64,000 nucleotides of DNA from Sarea resinae (Eukaryota), in NCBI GenBank assembly GCA_026026165.1, contig JAPEUD010000069.1:1-64000 (forward strand), written 5' to 3'. Below the pieces are notes generated by a model. It was not told the DNA's origin. It saw only the letters and a program-made list of their open reading frames with translations, and searched no databases. The position numbers and the translations under genes are program-made. This document shows, piece after piece, positions 22,754-35,842 of this stretch (position 1 is its first letter; each line of letters opens with the position of its first letter).

Positions 22754-23574
22754 TCATTCATTGATTCATCGAATCTACCCAGCAGCCCACAGGTCCTTGT
22801 AGGAAGACGGCGGGTTTCAGCTGATCTGGGGATGTGTGGACCTTTTCCTTCCAGTGATAGACCTGAAGAAGTGAATGGAATAATTTGGTGTCGAGATCGA
22901 GCTTGAAGATGGGTTACATAAGAAAGATACCTGTCCGAGTCGGGACTAGCGCCAACTATGGGTCTCACAAGGCCATTCGCGCAAGGAGGGACGGGAGTGG
23001 AGGGAAGGAATTGATGGATCGGTCGCAATTAAATCTTCTGGTCCTTGGCCATCGTGAGCTTCATCCATTCATCATTCTTCATTCCATCCATTTCGCCAGA
23101 GTGATATTCATCATCGCTCATCGCTGGACCGTTCTCGCGTTGTTGCTTGCTGTTGTCGCTCCCGTGCTCGTACACCACGAGGTAGAACATTCAACACGCC
23201 GTCTCGTCTCTCGATCAAAAGGGCTACGCTACCCGACCGACACCTCGCTCGCGAAGATCATTCGGACGACGACTCGGGACAAGCACTGAATATCTCTATC
23301 GGGTCCCGCAGGTCGTAGAGATCGGGACATCCCCTCCTGACCGCCAACAGTCTTCAATTCTATCGCCCAGAATCACCTTGGTCGGATCCGAGCGATTCAA
23401 GTCCGCCATCTGGTTTGGTTGAGCGGCAAGCAAGTGAGTGTGTCTGACGCGATCGTATAGGTTAGGTTGCACGTTCTGAGCTGACTGTTCCCGCAGAGCT
23501 CGCGACGAGGTATCCTTGCGAACGCGTTAACCATCTCAGCATCAACCCCGATACAAACAGACCCTTCAACCATC

Positions 23575-26500
23575 ATGTCCACCTCAAACGGCGTGCTAAG
23601 TCCGCCATCGCGCGCCGAACCGTCCTCCACATCAGCCACTTCGGGCAAACGAAAACGGACGGACAGCGATAGCCATGTCCAGAGCAACGGCGTAATCGAG
23701 ACGACTGAGGTTCTACAAGATGGGGTCTCTGGAGAGACAGTGACGAATTTGCTGCGGGATATGGTTGAAATACTCGCAGAGTAAGTGAACCTTTTATCTA
23801 TATCAATTTACGAATACTTTCCCGTTTCCGTTCAAATCCATCTATAGCAATGCGCATCTGAATCTTCACGATGATGATTCGCCGAAAGTCTAACAATCCG
23901 GTGTTTAGGCACGACACTGTACCTTCAATCCTCGATCACCCTCTACCCTGCGCAGGCCCCGACGAGCCATCCTCCAAACGGACCAAGTTTTCCGAGGCTG
24001 CTGACCATACCACCATCGCATCCAAGGTGGAGTCTGGGTCCTACACTTCACTCGAAGAGTTCAATTCCGATATTGAGAGCGCTTCAGCTTTGATACTCGC
24101 AGCCGTTCAACCAAAGGAACAGCCAATGAATGGACTGATCCATCAGCGCCAACCAATAGCCCCCGAGGACAAGAAGGTCCTAGCTGGCGTTTTGGCCTTT
24201 AAGAAGCTGTTCAACAGCTTAGTGATGCGCCAAAACACACTCAGGCCCACAACTAGTCAGGATAGGGATAATGGAGCTGCGGCGGCGAGAGAAAATGTGA
24301 TGGACGGAGAGTCTCACAAAGAATCATCTGCTATTGCTAGCGACAGCCTCAAAGAGCATAGGAAAGTGTTGACACTGATGGGGAACGCGCCTCAGCCTAA
24401 ACAACTCTTCTCCAGCTTGCAAGACCCCGTTCGTCTTTTGCCTCGCTCAGCGGACAAGAACGGGTCAGACAACGGGCAGCATACTACGATTTCTTCCAAG
24501 TCGCCGACGGCCGAATCCCTCGATGTGTTCTTGCCACTACGCGATGGCGCACTTCCGAACGGTATCTCGATTACAGAGATAATCCCCATCCATTCCAATG
24601 AAGTCGGCGGGGAGGCGAAGCGTATTCCTACTCTCGGGGAACTATTCCCTTCATTGTCCTCTTTGACTCCATTGGCACCCCCTCAGCCATCCAAAACCAC
24701 ATTGACCAAAGACACTTCCGTTGGCTGGTTCAATCCATTTGAAGCGGATATCATCAAGAAGAGCAAACGACCGGGGAGTTATACCACACAATCCCTAGCA
24801 GCAGGTCAATGGATCAAATACAACGCGATACCCCCTCCCCCAGTGCCTTTTTCTCCAGAAGGAAAACGCAAAGATTCGGGACCAGCACTCATTCCTGATG
24901 AATCCAAACCTCCAATCTCGGAAGAAGCAATAGCAGCACACCAGCAAGCTGCAGATGATGCTTTGTTTCGAAGCGCTTACTCGAGCTTTGCCCCGAGCCG
25001 AGATGACTCAGCTGCCGTGGTCCCAGAAATGGTCAAAAACAGAGTGTGGTGGAACAGAGTAGGTGAAAGGCGCCTCGGCAGGTTATACTCCTCTATGCTG
25101 CCTCAGCTCGACAATAGGGCGTTAGATACCGAAGACATTTCGGATCATGAGTCACTGGACGAAGACGAAATGTTCAGAGAAGCCGCCGAATCCTGGGAAC
25201 CCACTGATGCATCGGAAGACTTTGTCAAAAAAGAGAGTGATGACGAGGACAAAGGAGTAGAAGAAATATTGAAGGAGATTTCCGAATTACTGGAGACACT
25301 TAATTCTTATCAACGTATACGAAATCTCACCTCGAGCCCCACGATGCGCTCGAGCATGGGGCCAACTTCTCAGCTCGCAACCATCACTGGTGATCCATCA
25401 AACCCGTCTGCGGCGGAAACAGAAGTCTACGACACCCTCAAGTCTCAACTGGCATTGATGATCGGAACACTTCCCCCATACGCTGTCGCTAAGTTGAACG
25501 GTGATCAGTTGGGAGCGCTGAACATCAGTACCAAAATAAAGCTTCACAGTAAAGACTATAGAGGTGTCATGGAAGATGACGAGGTTATAGTAAAGGCGAG
25601 AACTGCAGCCTTGAATGCAGCCGCCACCAGCCACCGAACGACGACTCCGAGTACCGCTTCTAATCCAGCCCCTGGACAATATCCGCCACAAAGTGCAGCC
25701 AGTCAACAAGCGCACCGCGCGAACTACATGCAGATGAATGGTCCGCGAACCGGAATTCCGCAGCACCTCCCCGGCCAGTATGTTCCGCAACAGCAAACGC
25801 CATCACGACGTTCATCCGTCGAAACGTCACGCGCGGCCGTTGCAACACCGCAGCCCTACCCGGCGGCCAGACCAACGTCCTCGAGTTCTCAGCGCCCCGC
25901 GTATCCTTCTCAATATGGCCAGAACAACCCTCAGCAGTACTTTCAGCAAGCCACCCCTCAGATCTATGGATATAACCAACGATATCATCCCCCAGCTCCG
26001 GCAGGCACGCCTTCGGCACAATCGCGCCAGTATCAGCAACCTAGCCAGCCCCAGTATCAACAACGAGCTCAAAGCGGGCACAACTTTAGTGCTTCACCAA
26101 GCCCATACTCTGCTCCACGAAGTGCTTCTCCGCAAAAGGCCCCAACTTATGTGCCCCCGCAACAGCAACGGTCATCTTACCCTACACCGAGCGCGAATCC
26201 TGCTCGTCAGTACGTTCAGCAACCTGCCAATCCTATTCAACAACCTGCTACTCCACAGCCTCCTGCTCCACAACCTCCTGCCCCACAACCCACTGCCCCA
26301 CAAATCACCGCTCCACAACCGCCTGCTCAACAGGCTCCTGCTCAACAAGCTCCTACTCCTTCGGCCGTTGGTGCGAGTGGCTTTCACACTTGGATGACTG
26401 CTGAGCAACAAGCGTCGATGATGGAACGTCAGCGCGCTCAGCTTGCGCAACAAAATCAAACCCAGCCGCAAGCAAGGGTTGCGGCGCAGGCAAATATGAC

Positions 26501-26624
26501 ACGACAGAGTCCAGATACGCCTGAGCCCCAGAACGGGCAAAATGCGTCAAACGGAGCCCAGATGAACGGCAACACTCCTGCACAGCAGAACGTCACTACG
26601 GTCGCTACTAGTAATGGAGAGTAG
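23575..26624 (+). CDS. Nuclear protein, probable Rsc58-like chromatin-remodeller subunit with Gln/Pro-rich tail; exons 23575-23780, 23909-26624
   Basis: NLS-like GKRKR, a GTAAGT..CTAAC..TAG intron, a bromodomain-like segment (TIASKVESGSYTSLEEFNSDI) and the motif FRSAYSSFAPSRDDS. The family call is from motif memory only. A probable 5'UTR intron lies at 23434-23496. Confidence 0.7.
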
Positions 26625-27362
26625 TTGGGATACGATGTTTTGAAGGTAGGGTGCCATGGGGGATGCTGCAGTTGGCCTTTTGTCTTTGTCGAGGGTGGGG
26701 CGAATGTTGGCATTTTCAGAGGCGCATCAGGAAAGGGATTCCAGAAACCCCTCACGTTGGATTGGTTTTGTACAACGGGATAGAGGCCGTATGATTGGTA
26801 GTACTTTGCTCGGATTGCTCGATAGGCAGATTGATACGACCTTGTCGAGCGGCGAGTTCTCCTATAAAACTGATTGGCCCCGAGTCGAGAGGAAATGCCC
26901 ATTTCGCGTCTGTGAGCTCGAGAGTGACTCGAATCATGTCGACGGTGTATGTAGATGTATTCCTTTCAAGACCTGGCCAATTCTCACGCCGCCAGCGCAT
27001 CTTGCTCGGGTATTGACGTATTCCCCTGTCCCCATCGGGCTGTCAGTCTCGGACAGGTCGGTCCCTGGAATTGCAGAGTACAATGTGTCGATCAGCGACA
27101 GGCCTGCCTGACTACCGCGCGAAATGCTGCAAAGCACCCAATGAACGCCGAAGGATACGGGTGCATGCCGTAATAGGTCGGGCGATCTGCATTTCAAACA
27201 TTTGACTGTCGCACAATCCGATGCTTTCGGGCTTAGCTACAATCCGGCCCTTGCTGATAATGCTGAACTGCTGCGAGTGACCGAGATGCGCTCCTGTCGT
27301 TATCATGCTCCTCGATAGCAGGCCGACCACGGGCGACTTGCTCCCTTCAACATATCTTCAGA

Positions 27363-29681
27363 ATGGTAGGCCGCGAGCTCAATTTGATCTGTCCACCGAT
27401 GCATTCCTGATGGCCGTCTAATCTGTATATCGATCGATAGGGCTGACGATATGCAAACTCTAGTCCGATCGCGGTAGTTCGTCTGGCCGGTCCCGGTACT
27501 CCCCTCCGTCCGTCGAGTCGACCACAGACTTCTCAGGAGATGAACTGAACAAAGACGGAGTCGCGCTCTCTCCAAAACAGACTCCTCGAAGATTGCATCG
27601 AGCCCATCGTTCTATAAATCCGTCTGCGCCGCCTGGAAGTGAGAAGCCCCGCCGAGAACCTCGCCGCGAGCGCTCAGCGGAGCCGAGCCATAGCGCTGCA
27701 TCGAAGGCTGGGTCGAAGTCACGCCGCCGGATCTCGAGTTGCGGTCCAGACGATCTCGAACGAGGGCTCAAGAAGCAGTACCCGAGATTGGGGCGCTCTG
27801 TTGAGCCCCCAGGTCAGGACGTCCCACGTCCACGGCGCGCATCAATGGGAAGTCTGGCGCCCGTGAGGATTCCATCCGATGGAAGCCACAAGAGTGAGAA
27901 TGCAAAAGCAAATGGGAAACCCTCGAAAGTTCTGGCCGCGAACTCCAGTCTACATAAATTGAAGAGATCGCCGCCGTCATTGGAATCATCACTCTCCGGG
28001 AATACGAGTTCCTCGAGCAACTCGACGCTCACGCAAGACTCATATCTAGAGTCGAGTAAGCGCGGGGTATCTCCAGAAGTCAGGCCAAATGCTGAAGAGT
28101 CTAATTCCTCCCCTTCGAACTATTATGAGCGGTCGGATGCTGGAAAGGAGGCTCTGGATGTCTTCGCATACATGGAGGAAGGTTCTACAAAGCCAGAGAA
28201 TGTTGCAGTCCCAGATTCCGATTCTACTTCATTGGTGAGGATACCAAGGGCGCGCGAGTCGAGGAAGGTCTCTTTTGCGGGGGTAGAAAACAACCCCTCG
28301 TTCGGCAGCCTCAATTCAGACTCTGATATTTCCATGCAAGGCACTAGCCCAGAGCAAACCTCCCACGACGAGCATCCGGGCCTCCAGGACACTACGAACG
28401 AGAACCCGAATCCGACGACGGGCTACGAGCCAGCGGTACAGCGATATTACCAACGGCCCGATGCAAGAGATCCACGCTACTATTACGCAGGAATCCCAGC
28501 GCCCTACGCCCCTCAATGGTCGAACACGAGCCGTCCTGATCCGAATTATGCCATCCATCCTTCCCAGCGCATGCAGCCTTGGATGCCTCCGCCGAGAGAA
28601 ATGCATCATCCACGTCCAATGCCCCCTCCATACCAGCAAGTCTATAGACCCTACGTTGGCTATCCTCCACAGCTGGAAAGGCCAGAGTACTACTACGACC
28701 CAAGAGCGCCGAGAGCTGTTCCGCAGAGCAGCGGACCGGACGAACGTCAGTATCAGCAGCCAGAAATCGTCCCAGATACAGAGTTGCCCACTCCGAGCCC
28801 AGCCGCATCGCTCGCATCTCCCGCTCGCCCGGCATCTCCGGACAGCGAAGTCCCCGAGAAACCAGCACAGACAATCTCCGGTTATGAGCTGCTCGCTTCA
28901 AAGCTGTCTTTCTTCTGCAAGCGGTCTCCACCGGATGGTGACCCTTCATTGGTGCCTCTCTATCGGAAGTTTGAATCCCTGAATCATCGAGTTCTACTGC
29001 ATCTTCAAGACGAAATCTCCGAGCTCGAATCAGACCTACGGAACATTGATGAGCTGGATGCACGGATGCGGAAGACCAGCGAAGCCAATGAACAGGAAGC
29101 GAAGACGACGCCGGCCTCCAGACGCGTTGATGGGAGACTTCTTGCTGAACTCCAATCCAAACGGCTAGATGTGCTAGGTCGCATCTTTCTGAAAGTTGGA
29201 CAATACAGTACGTCCAACCGTTTCACGCGTGATGAAAGAATGACTAATATACAAAGACCAAGCGCTCACCTCTTTCTCCAATCTCGTCAATTCGCTGCCC
29301 CTTCCTCGCAAGGTGGATATCAGCGCGTATCAGAGTTGGCTGACGACAAACGCGCCCATAACCGAGCAAGAATGCCGCTTTCTACGGCATGAAGCCGACC
29401 TCCTCTCCCTCACACCGCGCGACGAGCACCAAGGTGCATCCTCGGCCACGGCGCAGCTCGCTCTCGCCATCTCCATCTCCTCGGCTGCCATTCTCGTACC
29501 TCTTGTTGCTTTCAGCACGGCTCAGGGGGTGTTTGGTCGTCTTCTGATTATCTTGACCATTGCGGGGTCGGCCGCATTAAGCGTGTTGCTCTCCGGACGC
29601 GCGAGCCAGACGAGTTGGATCGGCTGGATCATTGCGACGTATGTGGGTGTTTTGGGCATCGCCGCCTGTGTCGCTGGATAG
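27363..29681 (+). CDS. DUF6594-type protein with C-terminal transmembrane helices; exons 27363-27365, 27464-29207, 29257-29681
   Basis: SGYELLASKL, PLYRKFESLNHRVLLHLQDEISELE and YNQAL match the fungal DUF6594 pattern. There are three hydrophobic C-terminal segments and a long disordered N-terminus. Confidence 0.8.
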
Positions 29682-30775
29682 ATCTCGTTTCTGTTTCTGA
29701 TTTATTGTTTTCCGGGCGGGGCGTATGGGGGCACCGGAGCAAGCGATACCCACCCCGCGATGGCCCATGCATCTGGTTCCTCGGCAACGATTGTTGACGG
29801 GAGCCTTTACGAGTGATTGCATCCACGACGACACGATCATGTTACGAATTAGGATTTTGGATCTGTCTGAGCATTTCTTTTTCCATCATACCCCCTTCAC
29901 CATCTCAGATGTGCGCCAGTGATGTCGTGAAGATGCCACTCGTCCCGGTCGTGCACCATCGAGTTTCGCTTCCATTGTTCTCTCCGATGGCGGTGCGAGA
30001 CATGTGTGCATGCATCATAGGTACCTCTCTACTGATTGCGTACTTCATAGTTTGGCCACTGTACCAAACACTCAACACTGGCTACAACCAAAGAGGCCAT
30101 GGATGTCAGGATACAGATACATGAGAAGGGAAGAGTAGAGGTCCGTTCGTATCGAAGCCATGATGATGATGATTGCATGGCCGAGAATAGATGGAAGACG
30201 GAGCATCACTGGATCGAGAAGGTCGCAGTGGTTGGCTGGCGGTCACCCACGGACGGGCTTGGAGGTTGCGGGAAGGTAATTGGAGGCAGAGTCAGTTCGA
30301 GGTAGTCTGTACTCGATGTGCCGCTGCAATCCAAGGACAAATGAGGTGCTCGCAACCTGTAAAGTACCCGGCACTCGAGCGAGGTACGACCAGGTACCCG
30401 GCCTTAGCTTGCGGTTGGCGGCATGACGCTGTCGGTTTAGGTTATCTCTTCGCCTCTGCTCTCTATCTCTGCCCAGGCACTTGTACTATGAATCGTGGAA
30501 TAAAGAATACGACTCTAGAGTCAGACAGAGAGAGAGCGAGGGCCGAGATTGGCCTTCTCTTGGCCATCGAAACATGGCGAGCATGCCGCATCTCATGAGG
30601 GGCGTCTGCTTCGACGGTCATCGATCGGGAAGGTCGAGATGGCTACTCTAGAGTCGAGGGATCAATTGGTATGTGCGTGATTGATGTCATGCCGACCGCT
30701 CACGCCCACACGATGCATCCTCGGTTCGTGATAGGACCAACCACCACGACAACAATCGATGGCATGCGGCCGTGA

Positions 30776-30829
30776 CCCTGTTTCCCCTGTTTCCCCTGAT
30801 GGCCCTGCTTTCCCTGCTTTCCCTGCTTT
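30776..30829. repeat. 9-bp tandem repeat (CCCTG(T/C)TT(C/T)) x6
   Basis: ccctgtttc ccctgtttc ccctgatgg ccctgcttt ccctgcttt ccctgcttt, upstream of RNase T2. Confidence 0.85.
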
Positions 30830-31370
30830 GTTTCCCTGCCTCTCTCTACGACGACTACGACTAGACTCTCCTCTCTCTCCATACGTATCACCACTTGAAC
30901 CACTTTCCTCATCCATCGTAGAACTGCCCAGCCCATGCCTAGCACCTAGCACCACCACCTAGCACCAGCGCTCATCCACCGTCCATCGTCCAATCCGCCA
31001 TCCAAGCTTCCTAGAGAAGTCATAGCCCGAGTCATACGCGACGAGCCCAAAACACCCTCACGCGCGAATCAGCACCTCGAGACTCTCCATGTCCGTCGTG
31101 CAGCGCCCAGACGGCGGAGCAGAGGCGATATCCGACGACCGCAACGACGATGCTGCTGCTGATGCTAATGCTGCCAAGGGCCATGCCACCGGCCACGGCC
31201 GAGAGGCGCCGGCGGGGGTGAGGAAGTTCATAAAAGCAGACGACGGGGCCTCTGTTCCGTTGTCTGTCGACGAAGAACAAGCGTCAGCGTCCGCGTCTCT
31301 CACATCCTCGTCCTCGTCCTCGTCTTCCAGCTCCTTTGCCGCCGCCGCCTCGGCCGCAATCCTCAGCACC

Positions 31371-32487
31371 ATGCCCTCGCAACTCGAACTCCCCTCCCTG
31401 CGCACGCTGTCGAAGCTCGCGCTCGGTGCGGCCCAAGCGGTCCTCGGCGCGTCCTCGAGCGCGCAGGCGACGGGCACGCCCGATAGCTGCCCGAACCCGA
31501 CGTTGAGCTGCAGCTCGTCGGCGTCGTCGAACACCTGCTGCGTGAACTCGCCCGGCGGCGTGCTGCTGCAGACGCAGTTCTGGGACACGGATCCCGCGAC
31601 GGGGCCGGATGACAGCTGGACGATCCACGGGCTCTGGTAAGTTTTCTAGAAAGAGAGAACAAACGGAACATCTTGCTGATGGCCTGGACGCAGGCCCGAC
31701 AACTGCGACGGCACGTACAACAGCAACTGCGACAGCAGCCGCGCCTACACCAACATCACGTCGATCCTGAAGTCGTTCGGCGACGACTCGTTGGTGTCGT
31801 ACATGGACACGTACTGGGTCAGCGACTCGGGCACGGACGAGTCGTTCTGGGAGCACGAATGGGGCAAGCACGGCACCTGCGTCAGCACGCTGGATCCGGA
31901 CTGCTACACCGACTACACGCCGACGCAGGAGGTGCCTGATTTCTTCAACGCCGTGGTGGATTTGTTTAAGACGCTGCCGACGTATACTGTATGTTTTTTT
32001 TTTTGGTTTTTTGTGTCGTACTGTCCGTCCATGCTGCTCCATCTACCTTTTCCATCTCTTGTGCCACCCATCTCTTTAGCCCGTCCATCTCTTTGCCCAC
32101 CATCTCTATATGCCCATCCATCCTGTCAGCATCTCCAGCAAAACAACGACCAAACTGACAACACCATCAAGTGGCTTTCCGACGCCGGCATCACGCCCAG
32201 CAACGACGACACGTACAGCGCGGCCGACATCCAAGCAGCCCTCAAGAAGCACCACGGCTACGACGTCTACCTGGGCTGCGACGACGGTACCCTGGACGAG
32301 GTGTGGTATTTCTTCAACGTCAAGGGGAGTATCCAGACTGGCACCTTTGAGCCGACTGCGCTTGGTACGTTTGTGTTCTATTTCAATCATCCGCATCGAC
32401 GAAGAGCTAACCCGTACGCGCGACGCAACAGTCGGATCCTCGTCGACCTGCCCGTCCGACGGCATCAGTTACCCGCCGAAGAACTAG
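31371..32487 (+). CDS. RNY1: Secreted ribonuclease T2; exons 31371-31636, 31694-31988, 32172-32364, 32432-32487
   Basis: CAS I WTIHGLWPDNCDG (split by intron 1), [18 protein letters not shown]-terminal CC...[11 protein letters not shown] and C-terminal [13 protein letters not shown]. Confidence 0.95.
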
Positions 32488-33442
32488 ACCGAGACTCTAT
32501 CACGAGCAGACGAGTGTACGGTCATCCCAATGAATATCTACCGGCCAGTCAGCGAGCCAGCTAGCCAGTCAGTCAAACAGCACACGCCCACTCGTCTCCG
32601 CAAGAAAAGAAAAGAAAAGAAAAGACAGACCACCAACCCCTCTTACAAGCCGCTCTCTAGAATATAAGAGGGAAAAGGGCAAGCAAAGAGGCTATCCCAT
32701 CCCGTCCCATCCCATCCCCCAAACACCACCCACCCACGCGAGTAAAACGACGGAACAAAAATGAAAACCCCAGTAGCGAAATCACAAGATAGCAGGAGCA
32801 GAGATGAGAGATGATAGTATGACGAAAGTGGATGTGAAGTGGCTGTGAAGTGAAGCGGAAATGGATGTGGGAGTGGCAGTAGAAAATGGAAATAGCATCC
32901 AACGACGAGAAAACCCAATGCAAAATCCAAACGCGAATCAACCGAAACCGAAACCGAATCTCAATCGATGCCAACTTAATGTTCGTATGTCAAGTCGACG
33001 TTGATGTCCATGTCCATGTCCACGTCCATACAGCTATAGTACCTAGCTAGCAGGATCAATTGATATCGTGTCAGGCACAGACAACTTTCCTCTCTTCGGT
33101 ATTCAATACTATATTACTTTAATCCACCACTCCCGACCACCACCACCACCACCGATCTCAGTAGGTGTGCAATATCTAATCTATCAAACATGAGCATAAT
33201 GCCTTATTACTCAAAGCGGCTAGAATGCAAAGACCAAAGAACAGCGCGATCTGAGTAGCCTACTATTCTGTATCCTACTATCCTACTATCCTGCTTACCG
33301 TCCTATAATCTAGCTACTAGACAGTAGATGGTTACCTAGAGAGGAGGCAGAGAAGGAGAAGGAGAAGAGAGGAGAAGACGCTAGGTTGAGTTCATCAATC
33401 AATTTTGATTTGATTTAGGTTAGGGATTTAGAGAGCTGTTAC

Positions 33443-33447
33443 TCTCT

Positions 33448-33510
<63 letters not shown>
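33443..33510. repeat. (CT)n microsatellite, followed by (AGACAGC)n at about 33534-33571
   Basis: Directly visible dinucleotide and heptamer arrays. Confidence 0.9.
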
Positions 33511-34077
33511 CTACTCTAAACTCCTAAACCCCTAGACAGCAGACAGCAGACAGCAGACAGTAGACAGCAGACTACAAACCAGGTGGTGAGAGATCAGACA
33601 GGAGATACAATACTATCAGATCCGGTCAGCTAAGACACCTCCTTTCTTTGTCTTGTTAGAAGTCTTTGTTGGTTAGAGTCTTGTTTGTGTAGGCGCTAAA
33701 AACAAGAAGGGGGCGGGGTCTGGGTTGATTTATGCGTTCTTGTGTTTTCTGTTTTGCGGTCTATGTTTTACGTTTGGTGGTTTGGTGGTTTGGTGGTATG
33801 TCTTTATGGCTTCTCCCTAGTCTAGTCCCTACTCCACAGTCCAGGGCCATAGTCAACAGTTCAACAGTACGCCTCGTGCTTCATGAATCATTCTATTGCC
33901 TCGAGTATGCCCGGCTGTTTGTAGTCCCCCAGAAACACTCCCCCCCCCCCACACTCTCGATGAATTCTCCCTAGTCCCAGTATGCGCTTCATGAATCATT
34001 TCTCAAGTATGCACAAGCCTACCGCTCAACCACACACTACCACGATGCACCAACCATGCCCTCGTCTCCCAGCACCA

Positions 34078-35110
34078 CTACAACAGCGTATCGCCCAAGG
34101 CGCACCGGACCAGACTGACGCCCGCCCGCACCGTCTCGGCCGCGCCGCCCTCCTCGAGCGTCGGGTTGACCTCGACTAGATCCATGGCGACCAGCTGGCC
34201 CGTCTCGTGCACGCACTCGGCGATAAAGTCGCCCTCGCGCAGCGTCAGGCCGCCGCGCACGGGCGTGCCTGTCGACGGCGCCCACTGCGGATCCAGCGCG
34301 TCGACGTCAAACGACAGGTGGATGGGCGTGTCCGGGCCGATGTGGGCGAGCGCCTGGGCGACGATGGCGCCGATGCCGTGCCGGTCGATGTCGTGCATGC
34401 TAAAGGCCTTGATGCCGTTCTCGCGCAGCAGGCGCTTCTCGCCGGCGTCGACGTCGCGCAGGCCAATGTACACAAGCTTCTTGAGGTCGATGGTCAGGTC
34501 CGCGTCCTGGGCCAGCCAGCCGAAGACGTCGGCCCGGTCCGACGTCGCCAGCCCCGTCAGGAACGCCACCGGCATGCCGTGGATGTTGCCCGACTCGCTG
34601 GTCTCGGGCGTGTTGATGTCCGCGTGCGCGTCCACCCAGATGACGCCAATGTCCTTGCCCAGACGCCCTTTGATGGCCTTGGCCACGCCCGAGATGGACC
34701 CGATGGCGATGCTGTGGTCGCCGCCGAGCGTGAGCACGCACCGGCCCTGGGCCGCGTGCGCGTGGACCTGCGCCGACAGCGCCTGCGTGACGGCCGAGAC
34801 GGCGAGCGGGCGCTGCATCTGGCGCACGGGCGGGTCCGTCGCCGGCAGGATCGAGGCGTAGGTGTGGATCTGCGCGTCCGTGTGGATGTGGTAGCCCAGG
34901 TCATTTTTCAGCTGGTCCAGGAGGCCCGACGAGATCAGCGCGTGCGGGGCCGCGTCGACGCCGGGTTTGCACTGAGTATATGGTCAATAAGTATCAAGTT
35001 GGACGGTTTGATGATGGGCTTACTTGACCGCCCGAGAAGCCGACTGCGACGACGCCGAGCTCGTTTCGCGCGGGGAGAAACTTGGGTTGCAGGGTTGGTG
35101 GGGACGTCAT
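34078..35110 (-). CDS. agaA: Arginase; exons 35110-35024, 34971-34078
   Basis: VGFSGGQ|CKPGVD, LGGDHSIAIG, WVDAHADINTP, SGNIHGMP, SFDVDALDP, STGTPVRGG and DLVEVNP. All Mn-binding motifs are intact. Confidence 0.97.
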
Positions 35111-35238
35111 TTTGGATGTGGATTTGACGGTATTCTGGAGGATACAGGCGTGGTTGGAGTGATATATAAGGGGTGGGAGGGGTTCGTGGTTCGTGGTTCG
35201 TGGATGGAGGGGTTGAAGGCCGAGTCGTACAGAGGGGT

Positions 35239-35290
35239 GATAATCGATAAGACGGAGTGGAGAGTCAATCGCTGTTGATATACAGAGTCA
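35239..35290 (-). promoter_or_regulatory. Candidate arginase regulatory cluster: two GATAA (AreA/NIT2-type) and two TGACTC (CpcA/Gcn4-type) motifs
   Basis: GATAA at 35239 and 35246; GAGTCA at 35262 and 35285; all 130-180 nt upstream of the arginase ATG. These are short motifs and could occur by chance. Confidence 0.4.
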
Positions 35291-35842
35291 CGTTCTGACA
35301 ACGAAACAAGCGTTGGAGAAAAGAAGGGAAAAGAAGAGAAGGAAAAGAAAAAAGAATGTGGTGGTGGAACAGAAGAGGCTCTTAAAGTGTCGCGGCGAGA
35401 AAGTGAAAAGGAATTTCTGGGGTGCATCGTTCGTGGCCGATTAGGCGGCATGGCGGTGCCCATCGCTCACGTAACAGCGCAGATGGTAATACCGTAGTCT
35501 CTCTGGCCTCGCCTTGACCTGCGCTTAGGGGAACGATGACGGCGCCCTCGCTTCTCCCGCCTCGCCCTCCTTACTCCTAAGTGCAGGTCCAACACCACGA
35601 ATCCGTTAAGCGCAGGTGTAAGAGAGCCCGTCGACGCCGCGGCCTGGGAGACTCGGAATGCCAGACAGATGCGGTGAGAAGCGCTGGCCGGCACGGACAC
35701 GGACACGGACACGGACCCACTGCGGATCATGACCAAATGACCAAATGACCAATCTTGTGACAAACACCATCATCATCATCATCATCGATAGCAATGTAAT
35801 ACATCTTCATACACTTCATACACACCACCCTCGAATCCAACC

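Noticed and set aside
29700..31000. Short ORFs between the DUF6594 and RNase T2 genes, including one with KQG repeats
   Set aside because: They derive from a 9-bp microsatellite and promoter DNA, with no coding signature.
34166..35127. Long + strand ORFs (231 and 306 aa) antisense to arginase; similar shadows over RNase T2, SNIP1 and the POL2 3' end
   Set aside because: Expected from very high GC3, which removes stops in other frames. The translations have no motifs.
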